Below are positions 1 to 9,571 of a stretch of 64,000 nucleotides of DNA, piece after piece; the stretch's first letter is position 1; every line of letters begins with the position of its first letter. The notes beneath the pieces were generated by a model that worked only from the letters and a program-made list of their open reading frames with translations, was not told where the DNA came from and did no database searches. The stretch lies in NCBI GenBank assembly GCA_012295275.1, contig CM022672.1, forward strand, positions 24,800,001 through 24,864,000, given 5' to 3'. A program made the position numbers and the translations under genes. Source of the DNA: Chrysomallon squamiferum. Taxonomy: Eukaryota; Animalia; Mollusca.

Positions 1-125
1 GACCAAGATTCCCAAGTATCCCAGTAACATCCACAATAATCCCATTTAGACGAGCGAGGTGCTTCAGTAAACTCCGGGCAAAAGACGAAAATCAGGCAGA
101 TCAGCAGACATCCAAGGAGAACATT
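1..125 (-). CDS. Partial exon (signal peptide + start of TSP1 domain) of a tandem paralog of the secreted TSP1/EGF/CCP/HYR gene; continues off the left edge
   Basis: Reverse strand reads acceptor aaacag|AAT then NVLLGCLLICLIFVFCPEFTEAPRSSKWDYCGCYWDTWESWS. TEAPRSSKWDYCGCYWDTWESWS matches TGAPRASTWDYCGCRFLEWESWS of the exon at 4899-5244 (16/23 identical), with the same phase-0 start. Its first (ATG) exon could not be placed. Confidence 0.88.
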
Positions 126-559
126 CTGTTTGTTCAAATCAGTTATAAATTATATTAAACTGAATTACATAAGAAAAGATAAGAAACGATAAGATAAGAT
201 AAGATAAGACTGGATTAGATTCGATTAAATTAGATCAGAACACACACAGGCAAACATACAGATGGATGGAAGGATAGATTGATAGACAGTTAAAAGTGTG
301 AAATGATAGATATAAAATTCGAAAAAGAACAAAGAAAAGAAATAAAGAAAAATATTTCATGAAAAAGGAAACAAATAATAAAATGAACAAAAATATATAA
401 ATAGAGAAACAAAGACAACTGATTAATTAATTAATAGTTACGTGGTAAACTCATTGCTATGACTACTCCTACTACTACTAGTACAAAACAACGATAACAA
501 CAACTACTACTACTATAATTATTTCTACTATTACTTTAACTGCTACTGCTGTTGCCATT

Positions 560-860
560 ACTATTATTATTACTGGTGTTACTGCTGCTGTTATCAGAAT
601 CTCTGGTACTACTGCTACTGCTATCTGTATCTCTTAAAATACTGGTTTTACTGCTGCTGCTATCTCTAGATACTGCTGCTGTTGCTGCTGCTACTATCTG
701 TTTCTCTGATATTACTGGTGTTACTGCTGCTGTTTTCAGTATCTCGGGTACTACTCCTGTTACCTTTGCTGCTATCAGAATTTCTGATACTACTGCTATA
801 AGTATTTCTGATACTATAACTGTTACTGCTGCTGCTATCAATATATCTGATACTACTACC
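560..860. repeat. Degenerate ~39-bp minisatellite built from (CTG/CTA)n
   Basis: Recurring tactgctgctgctatc..tctgatac units; the overlapping spurious ORF shows a 13-aa periodicity. Confidence 0.6.
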
Positions 861-883
861 TTGTGTGTGTTTGTGTCTGTCTG

Positions 884-955
<72 letters not shown>
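884..955. repeat. (TCTA)n microsatellite
   Basis: Pure tetranucleotide run. Confidence 0.95.
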
Positions 956-956
<1 letters not shown>

Positions 957-2273
957 ATATATTGTATACTGGTGATACGTGACAATATCGCCATATTTGT
1001 ATCTGTTTCCGAAAACAACTGGTTGCTGAGTTAAATAAGATATGAGCTTACTCCTCCGAAGGATTATAAAACGAGGATTATAAAGCTAGTCAAGAATGGA
1101 TTATAAATTACTTCTAAACTAGTTCAAGTCCAGTTATTCGTTTCGAATCCCCTTTTTATTAAACATACTACCTGAGAGACAAAAAATACTTCCTTGTCTG
1201 CAGTGAGTCGTTTCAAATAATACATTGATATTGTAGGAATATATCAAGTATTTCTACTACTACTACTACTATACTAATACTGTTGCTGCTACTACTTCGA
1301 CTACTGCGTGTAGTAATACTGCTAATACTACTAATATAACTACAACTAGTGCTTTCTTCAGTATTAAAATTTAATTGGAGAGGTTATGTCAAATATTAAT
1401 TCACTAAAAACTCCCAGTTATTCTTAATACGATAATGAATATATAATTAAAGAACTGTATTAAATATAATAATAATAATAGCAATAAAAATATTTCGTAC
1501 CATAATGAATCGTCAGTGGAGCACCATGACAGCCAAAATAACGAATAGTTATTCGCTCAATACTACTTACCGGTTGAAACGCGATTTGTTTGATAAATTT
1601 TGAACCGGTGCCAACTTAAAATGAATAGACGTCCGATATCCTATCTGTCTTTGCATACTCGAATACACTCACATTGATTCAAAACTCAGTATTAAACCAG
1701 ACCTATTTTTCTATTTTTAATATACAACTATGTCTACGTGTGTTTCTACACGTATTTTTATACTGAAATAAATTAGTTCAGTAACTCACAATAAGAGAAT
1801 GTTTTAAAATATTGTGACAACTTCAACTTTGTGTCCATGTTCATTTTTCAATATGTGCTTGTTTGCAGGTGTTTGACTATCCATATCTTTAGCCATACCT
1901 CAGGGTAGGCTCTGTATGTATCTATATACTTGTCCATCATTTCTATTGTGTGAATTTATTTGGGATTGTTTTTATTGCTTTATTTTACTCTTTCATGCAA
2001 ACATTTAGCGATATAAACATTTTGATTTAATCTATGAATTCAGGATGACACTTTATTGTTGTCGTTACCGATACTGCTGCTTCTGCTTTTACTACTACTA
2101 CTACTACTACTATTGCTATATTATAATAATAATAGCAACAACAACAACAATAATTGTAGTTATTATTATTGTTGTTGCTGCTGTTGTTAAATAATAAATA
2201 AATAAATAAATCGGGTTAAACAAAAAAATTAGTCTTTGAAATACGGATGTCCAGACACGTTTTAATAAAATGT

Positions 2274-2279
2274 TTTATT
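2274..2279 (-). terminator. Candidate polyadenylation signal AATAAA for the secreted-protein gene
   Basis: tttatt on the plus strand about 365 nt past the stop codon; weak because the hexamer is common in such AT-rich DNA. Confidence 0.3.
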
Positions 2280-2642
2280 GGGAATGGATCTACACATAAG
2301 CTGAAAAGTAAATATAAGTAAGACATTATGTATATAAATAATACTACTAAATTTTGTCTTATCTCTGTTTGCCACAAATTCAAAGTTCTAATGTAATAAA
2401 CATCACACAAAAATACCCTTTTTCTTCAGATCGACACTTAGGATTTTATCAAGTGGAATACATGACAATATTTTCACAAGTATAGAAATCACTTTAAATC
2501 TCTGATGATTAATCCTAAATTTGTTTGATGATAGAACACTGTTTTACCCTTTTTTTAGTCGACAAAACGTTAGTGTTGATAAAAAAAATAAAAAAACTGG
2601 TTGTATTAATCAGTCTGCACACTGGTGTTATAAGCACACACA

Positions 2643-2824
2643 TCACTGACTGCACTGAACAGCCACGTTGTCAGAAACACACTCCTCTTTGTACTTCTCA
2701 CACAGGTAACTGAATTCAGACTGTTTGAGTTTCTCCACGTATGTCGACTGCATTCGACTCAAATCGCTGGAACAGTCCTTGTATGAATATTCACCATCTA
2801 CTCTACCTCCAGGAAGCGGTTGGT
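2643..2824 (-). CDS. Coding exon 7: terminal exon, four-Cys tail, stop
   Basis: Acceptor atttccag|AC; DQPLPGGRVDGEYSYKDCSSDLSRMQSTYVEKLKQSEFSYLCEKYKEECVSDNVAVQCSQ then TGA at 2645-2643; in frame with exon 6. No transmembrane segment. Confidence 0.82.
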
Positions 2825-2998
2825 CTGGAAATTACAGCCAGAGATTAGACAGTAAAGTAAAATCTAGTTTGATGTCTGCAGTTGCCTCTAATGAGTAATA
2901 ACAGAACATAATAATTAAAATGTTAAAATGTATGTTAGGTGTAGTTGAAAACTTTTGAGTAAAGGAAAGAAATACTTTTAATCAAATTTCCATGACTC

Positions 2999-3034
<36 letters not shown>

Positions 3035-3077
3035 GCTTTTTAAAATTTAATATTTCGGACTGAGAAAATTCGAATAC

Positions 3078-3275
3078 CTAGACATTTTGGAAGTGGGTCA
3101 GCTGGGATCCAGGCACCGTGAGCTCCACAAACCCACCACTGACGATGATCATAACCAAACTGAAGAGAGTTGTCTTGAGAACAGAACACCAGACACAAGT
3201 TGGCCATGTCTGCCTTCCAGCCGTTACAAACTTTAGCACCGTTTACTGGAACTTCCAGCTCGGGACAGGGTGTCG
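3078..3275 (-). CDS. Coding exon 6: divergent CCP/sushi domain
   Basis: PCPELEVPVNGAKVCNGW...CLVFCSQDNSLQ...WVCGAHGAWIPADPLPKCL, the six-Cys CCP type that follows HYR in SVEP1-like proteins; tcacag acceptor, G|gtattc donor; 198 nt, phase 1-1. Confidence 0.9.
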
Positions 3276-3489
3276 CTGTGATGATATGTAATATAAAAAC
3301 GTGTAATAAATAAACAAATAAATAAATAAATAAAATTACTATTATTATTATTATTATACATAAAATAATTAGTAGCAATCACAAAAGAATACAGTTTAAT
3401 TAAATTAATAAACTGAAGTGAACTGAAGTTGTATTAAATTAAACAAAAATAAGTAAAAAAGTATATAATTAGACATTAATATAACTTAC

Positions 3490-3735
3490 GTCTAACAGAG
3501 ATTACAAATTTGCATTCTGACTGAAGTCCATTGAAGCTTTTCGTGGCCACGTACTGCACGGTGAAATCACCCCAAGGAAACTCAGATTTGTTTTTCAGAT
3601 AGTTACTTGTAGTAGTGACCTCGTGACCCAGAGGATCCGAGGCTTGGGGAACGCCCCACGTTACGTTCAGGGTGGGGCCTGTAGCGTAAGCAGTAAAACT
3701 TTTCGAACAATTTGTGAAGACTGGAGGTTGAATGT
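3490..3735 (-). CDS. Coding exon 5: HYR (hyalin repeat) domain (absent from ORF track)
   Basis: DIQPPVFTNCSKSFTAYATGPTLNVTWGVPQASDPLG...SEFPWGDFTVQYVATKSFNGLQSECKFVISVR fits the HYR pattern D-x-x-PP-x-F-x-x-C, V-x-W-x-x-P-x-A-x-D, F-P-x-G, V-x-Y-x-A, C-x-F-x-I-x-V; tattcag acceptor, gtaagt donor; 246 nt, phase 1-1. Confidence 0.92.
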
Positions 3736-4100
3736 CTGAATAAAATATATAAAACCAATTTTATATCAGCATAATACGAAACATTAATATGGACATTAAA
3801 CGTGAAATGATTTTCTTAAAATTTTAATATCAAATTCTGTTCAAGACACCTACTAATAAGAATAAAATTGTGTTTAATACACTGATTTCAGTATTAATTT
3901 TTCAGTTACAGACGACACAAATTAAATTAAGCACAATTTAATTTAAAAAAAATTATCCTATTTATTTCTATTACATTTTCTAGTACTATCTCACTTTCTA
4001 ACAGAAAATTATTCAGATTGCTGTTATGATTTTATTTGACTGATTTTCTTTATGAAGTGACCGAAATTTCTTCTTCATAACAATATAAATTTTAACTCAC

Positions 4101-4214
4101 CATTTTCACAGTGAATCCCGCTGAATCCTTTTGGACATTTACACGTGTATTCATCAAGACCATCTATACACGTACCCGAGTTCTGACATGGGTTGCTGGC
4201 GCACGTGTTGACAA
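4101..4214 (-). CDS. Coding exon 4: Notch-type EGF-like domain (absent from ORF track)
   Basis: [37 protein letters not shown], six-Cys EGF; tttgcag acceptor, G|gtgagt donor; 114 nt, phase 1-1. Confidence 0.95.
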
Positions 4215-4515
4215 CTGCAAAATATTACATCATTCTGAAAACATCCACCCAGATACTCACCCAGACACCCACCCATCCCCTAATTCATCTATCCATCTCT
4301 GCCTGTGTAATCAGTGTTTCTCTCTTTATCTATCTCTCTATTCGTCCATCCATTCATCTCTTTATGTATTATGTAGATATACCTATGTGTCTATCTAATC
4401 TGTCTATCTGATTATTCTGTATATATGTGTTATTCACAAATAAATGTTAAAGTGCATTGGTCAAATTTATACTTTATAACTGTTACTTTTTTCTCTCTAA
4501 AATACTAGTATTTAC

Positions 4516-4689
4516 ATATGCATCTGGGTTTTTCTCCACTCCAAATTCCAGATGCTTGACATGTTTGTCGATAGTAGCCGCTCATGTTGTAGTACTGGTT
4601 ACACGAATACGTTGCAATGCCGCCGTAGTTGTAGCTGTTCGCAGAAACACCACCATTTGCTATCGTTCCTGGCGGTCCACAAGTCACAA
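4516..4689 (-). CDS. Coding exon 3: CCP/sushi domain
   Basis: VTCGPPGTIANG...YGGIATYSCNQYYNMSG...TCQASGIWSGEKPRCI has the four Cys and conserved Trp of a CCP; ttaacag acceptor, gtaaat donor; 174 nt, phase 1-1. Confidence 0.93.
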
Positions 4690-4898
4690 CTGTTAAAACG
4701 AATTTACACATGTATTATAATAACTGTATATGATTAAAATCCACGTACTACTTGATTTCACAGAACAATATTTAATAGTTATAGAAATGACATAACAGAA
4801 ATACGTAGAAATTAACAACACCTAAGGAATAACTAATATAAATATTACTTTTATCTATAAATTAATTTCTTTTGCTCAGACTGTATTAATTTTATTAC

Positions 4899-5244
4899 CT
4901 GTGTCACAACATCTTCCTTTCCATCCACTGCTACAGATGCAAGGAAAATAATTATATCCAGTATAAATACCATGGTTACATTCTTTGTTACAGGTCTGGT
5001 AATCCGAACCCATGTCATTACTAGCACAGACTTCAAATCCATCGCAGCCATCTTTGTTCCAGTGCCTAACTTTTCTTCTACGTTCCTGAAATCCATAACA
5101 TTTTGATGTACATTCAGACCAGCTCTCCCATTCAAGAAATCTGCAACCACAATAATCCCACGTCGAGGCACGAGGAGCTCCAGTGGGTACAGGTAAAAAG
5201 ACTACCACAGCAAAAGTGGCCAGCAGCATTTCTTTGAGCTTAAA
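4899..5244 (-). CDS. Coding exon 2: signal peptide, thrombospondin type-1 repeat, short EGF-like module
   Basis: Acceptor ctcttttcag|TTT; hydrophobic MLLATFAVVVFLPVPTGA; TSP1 motif WESWSECTSKCYGFQERRR; CNHG...CICSSGWKGRCCD; donor ACAG|gtaata, phase 1. Confidence 0.92.
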
Positions 5245-5574
5245 CTGAAAAGAGAACAAAATTATTATTATTATTATTATTGTTGTTGTTGTTGTTGTTG
5301 TTGTTGTTATTGTTGCTGTTGTTTATATAATTTCATTTAATACAAATAAAGATAATATATATATATTAAACAGAGTTTAAGAGTGAAAAACAGAGAATTG
5401 AAATGAAAAATAATTTTCAGTAACTAAATGGAATTTTCAAACAAAATGAACCAATAGTTTTAATTTTTTTAACAACAACAAAAAGAAAAAAAAACATACA
5501 AAAAAAACACCAATAATAATAAGAAGAAGAAACTATGTCATTTAAATCAAGGAACGAGAACAGATAATACTTAC

Positions 5575-5586
5575 CATGCTGCCCAT
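5575..5586 (-). CDS. Coding exon 1 (MGSM)
   Basis: aacATG GGC AGC ATG|gtaagt: consensus donor, phase 0, in frame with the next exon. Confidence 0.72.
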
Positions 5587-5683
5587 GTTCTTAGTTACAA
5601 TGTTTACACAGTCACAACGGTCGTCAGCAGAAAAAGTAATAAATATTTACTTACAAAAATATATATACCACTTAGAAAAAACG

Positions 5684-5815
5684 TTATATATTGTATAATT
5701 AGCTTAGCCTTCTAAGAGTATGAAAGACCCACTAATGTGCGTCTGTTAGTGATCGGCGATATTTAGTTATGTTGTTTAACTGTTGTCAACTTAAAATGAA
5801 CGAAAGGAATTCCCC
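5684..5815 (-). promoter_or_regulatory. Candidate promoter of the secreted-protein gene: TATA-like TATATAA (5690-5684) and NF-kB-type site GGGGAATTCC (5815-5806)
   Basis: Both motifs are read directly, about 100 and 220 bp upstream of the ATG; function is inferred. Confidence 0.4.
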
Positions 5816-6264
5816 GTGAAGTAAGTTAACCAATAACTTTCGTTAAGCTTTGTATCCCGAATACTTCCTTGTTACACAAAAACCTCCACAGTTAGCAGCG
5901 GATCATTTGAATTTAAAAAGCACACATGTGAGTACGTGCAAATGATCTAAACACACTATGATAAAAGATCAAACATGCGATGAGAATGTAAAAGGTAAAT
6001 GTTATAAAATGTATCTTTCAAAATGACAAATATAGAACACATTTATAAAAAAAAGAGGAAGAAACAAAACACCAGACAAACAAAGCAATAAATGAATGCA
6101 TGAATGAATGAATGAATGAATGAATGAATGAATAAATAAAATTAATAAATACAAATAAAATAAAATAAAATGAAATAAAATAAAATATACCTTAATTAGT
6201 TCTCTCTAGAATGTCATATTTAATGATATTAATTATTGTCGATCATAGTTGTTCATAATGAATA

Positions 6265-6304
<40 letters not shown>

Positions 6305-7724
6305 GATGTTATTAACGTAGTTTTAATTTTAGTTTTAGCAACAGTAAAGTGCTATCACTCGGTAAATGCTATTCATTAAACATTGTTAGAGTTGCGTCCC
6401 TTATTGATGACCAACGCGTCTGATACAAAAAACAAAAAAAAAGAATAAAAAATAAAGGGACAGAAAATAATGTTTAAAGAGTAAGAAATAAACAATAAAA
6501 AGGAATATAAATAAATAAATAAAAGAAAGAAAGAAAGAAAGCAAGAAAGAATGATAAAAGAAACTCTATTTGATCAATAATATTGTGTAGAAGCATTTCG
6601 GTGTATTGTTCTGTCTGTATATTTATGAATTCAATAAAATTTTAAAATATCAGAGGAAAAGATTGAATGAAAACAAATTATTTACGTATAGAATATACAT
6701 GATAGTTTAATTTTTGAAAAATAACAGTAAATAAATAAATAAATAAATAAATAACAGACAAATAAACAAATAAAAATATCAATAAATGTTTGTAAAATAA
6801 AATAAAATTAAAATAAATAAATAAATAAATAGCTGTTTCAGTCGTCTTATTGTAATGATAATAATAATAAAAACTGATACTAATAAATAAAAAACAGAAA
6901 AGAGTTTTTTAAAGTTATTTATTTATTATTATGATTTGTATATAACACAAATAGTTTTCTTTATTAACAAAGAAAAATAGGAAAACTGGAAATTAATGGC
7001 AAAAAGAAATAATAAATTTATACACTGAAAAAACAACAAGCAGAAGAAAACAATTTTATTCGTAACTTTATATGAATTAAAACGATCAATCATTTACTTA
7101 ATATTAATAGAGAAAAAAAATATATAAACGTTATTTTCAGACTGATTTATTCACAGTTTGACTATAAAAACATTTAATATAAAAACAATTTTTCATTAAC
7201 GTTTAAAAGAAATTCTTGGTGATTTTAACTATTTTCACGTTTGCTAAAATACAATTATCGAACATATTTCATCTTTTTTATTACGAAGAGACAAAAAACC
7301 GTTGGTAAGTTCGTCGACATAATTGAGTTTTTATGCATTTAATACGGTAAGCTATTTGAAGTAACGAAATAGACACACTTTGTTGTTGCAAGTGGCCGCC
7401 GAGAATTTTTCAATTTTGAAGCGAAAGCGGATATTAACAGGGAATTTGCAGCATGCAAAATATCGCACTTTCTTGTAAACTGTTTTGGGAAAGCGCTTCC
7501 AGATTTTGGGATAATTTTTCGCAGATGTCATCACACATCTGTATTTCATGGTGGCTGCCATCTTGAATCTCGCAATCTCTCGTTTCAGTCGTTTGTCACA
7601 CGTGTCAGTACAGAATTAGCACCGGAAAATGAACACCGACTAGGCGAAACATTATCATTTGTAAAACGTTTTCACTGATTACCATCTTCCTTTTTCTGAC
7701 ACATCTTTTTTCAGCAAGTGGCAG

Positions 7725-7797
7725 TAAGATTTAGCTCTGTGGTACAAAGTTCGCATTAATACGAGTTGAGAGTTAGTTGGTTCGAATCCTAAGAAAC
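7725..7797 (+). mobile_element. Degenerate tRNA-derived sequence (SINE head or tRNA pseudogene)
   Basis: Pol III A-box-like TAGCTCTGTGG (7732-7742) and perfect B-box GGTTCGAATCC (7779-7789) at tRNA-like spacing; acceptor and T stems do not pair cleanly. Confidence 0.5.
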
Positions 7798-9426
7798 AAC
7801 CAACTCATCCATGTTCTTTTATTTTAAATAATTTCAGATTAGTTGATAATTATTTTAGGTGTTGTCGTAAACAAATTGAATATGCTGTTTTCTTTATGTG
7901 AAAAAAGTTATTTTTGATAGTTATCACAGAAGAGATTCCCGGGACGCCAGTTTTCGTTTTTCCTATTGTTTTTAATGTCTGTTAATATTAATTATTACGT
8001 ACGCTTTGTCTATCATGGTGGGATGATATGGGAAACATATGGCAGCTGGTTCAAATGGTAACTGATTCTTTATTTCAGAGGATAATAAGTCACAAAACAT
8101 ATCTTGTAAAATAGTTCAGGGTAACTGAATTGTATTTGTCCCCGGTCGCACAAAACCCAAGGTATACGCCACTGGCAGTGATAATTTTTCAATAATGGGT
8201 AAAACACACACAATATCGAATGTTTACCTTGTCGAGTATTTGACAGCGTGTCAGTGTTATTACATATCCGACTCATAACAGTTTATTAGACAATATTCTG
8301 ATGTCTATTAAAGAAATATACTTCCCGTTAATTATTATTTTCCTTCCGTTGCTTTTTCTTTATTCTTCATTTTTATAGTTATTTCGTATGTGTCACAGTA
8401 TTTATCAAACAATATTGTGTCTTGAAATGTCTGTTCTCTAAACATTAGATATTTATCTTTTCAGGAAGTGTAGCTTATGAAAACAGATCAACTGTTTGTA
8501 ATATCAGTCTACAGTTAATTAATAATTCTTCTAACGTCTTCAGACTACTTGAGTGTCATGTTTAGTTTCTCTGTTTCCTAATTTTTTCATTTTCGTCTAA
8601 TTTGTTTTTTGTCCTCATACTTTCTATCAATCATCTTCCTGTCTGCCTGCCTGTTTGTCTGTATACCTATCTATCTATTATCTGTCAATCTATCTATCTA
8701 TATATCTATCTATCTATCTATCTATCTATCTGTGCCTATCTTTCATTCGTTCTTTCTTTCTTTTGCTTCTTCTGTCTTCTACTACTCTTCTTCTTGTCCA
8801 TGTTCTCGTTTGTCTTCTTTCCGCTGTTATCCTTTGTTCTTCTTGTTCTTGTTCTTCTTCATTTTCTGTTTTCCACTGCCAAGAAAAGATTTTTTTTTTT
8901 TTTTTAGCAACGTAGGCGATCTTCATTTTCAACATATGGTAGGTATTCCTCTGCAGGTGCGTCGAATGGCAAAAAAGTAAACGCTGGCATTTCCTATTTG
9001 ACGGTTTTGGCATCAAACGATAATCTGCGCGGTAAATAGTTTCGCTGAAAACAAATGCGTTAGTGTTTCCTGAATGAATCTACGGGCGGAACATGTGCGT
9101 TCATGTAGCTTGCCCCGGTTGAATGTGGCTTGTAATTCTTTAGTGCTTAGCAGATCCAGTTTAGTTTTCACAAATTTCAAATTATTTTAGCGTGCATCTT
9201 CAATCCAGGCATCAACACTTCTATTTTGAACATACAGTACAAGGAAAGAAAACTGAAAAAGCAGAAAAGAGTAGAAAGAAGAAAAACTGGTATGATGATA
9301 ACAAGACATTTGCATAGCATCATCAATATACTACTTGTAGTTACTAAAGTACTACACTACTGTTATCATTATCACCACTGTTAGTACTTCCACACCAACA
9401 CCAAACCACCATCACCACTACCAATG

Positions 9427-9432
9427 CTACTG

Positions 9433-9494
<62 letters not shown>

Positions 9495-9571
9495 GCTACT
9501 ACTACTACTACTACTGCTACTGCTACTACTACTACTACTACTACTGCTACTACTACTACTACTACTACTAC
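9427..9571. repeat. (CTA)n microsatellite with CTG interruptions
   Basis: Direct reading; source of the poly-V, poly-S and poly-L ORFs. Confidence 0.95.

Larger units (their letters stand above)
2643..5586 (-). other. Complete 7-exon gene model, 423 aa secreted protein SP-TSP1-EGF-like-CCP-EGF-HYR-CCP-tail (SVEP1/uninflatable-like modules)
   Basis: Exons 5575-5586, 4899-5244, 4516-4689, 4101-4214, 3490-3735, 3078-3275 and 2643-2824 join through GT-AG introns of 209-365 bp into one uninterrupted 1272-nt frame ending TGA. Confidence 0.88.

Noticed and set aside
536-1034. 101-aa and 160-aa ORFs resembling a mucin or antifreeze-like protein with a signal peptide
   Set aside because: Both derive from CTG/CTA and TCTA repeats, open on both strands, with no supporting splice structure.
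126-2200. Candidate first exons for the left paralog (ATG near 993, donor CCG|gtaagt at 1570, ATG near 1844)
   Set aside because: The ATG-bearing candidates end in phase 1 while the acceptor at 125 needs phase 0, and the strong donor at 1570 has no nearby in-frame ATG; left unassigned.
2825-2880. Alternative upstream acceptor (actgcag) for the last exon
   Set aside because: It introduces an in-frame TAA before the four-Cys tail; the atttccag acceptor at 2825 gives the open frame.
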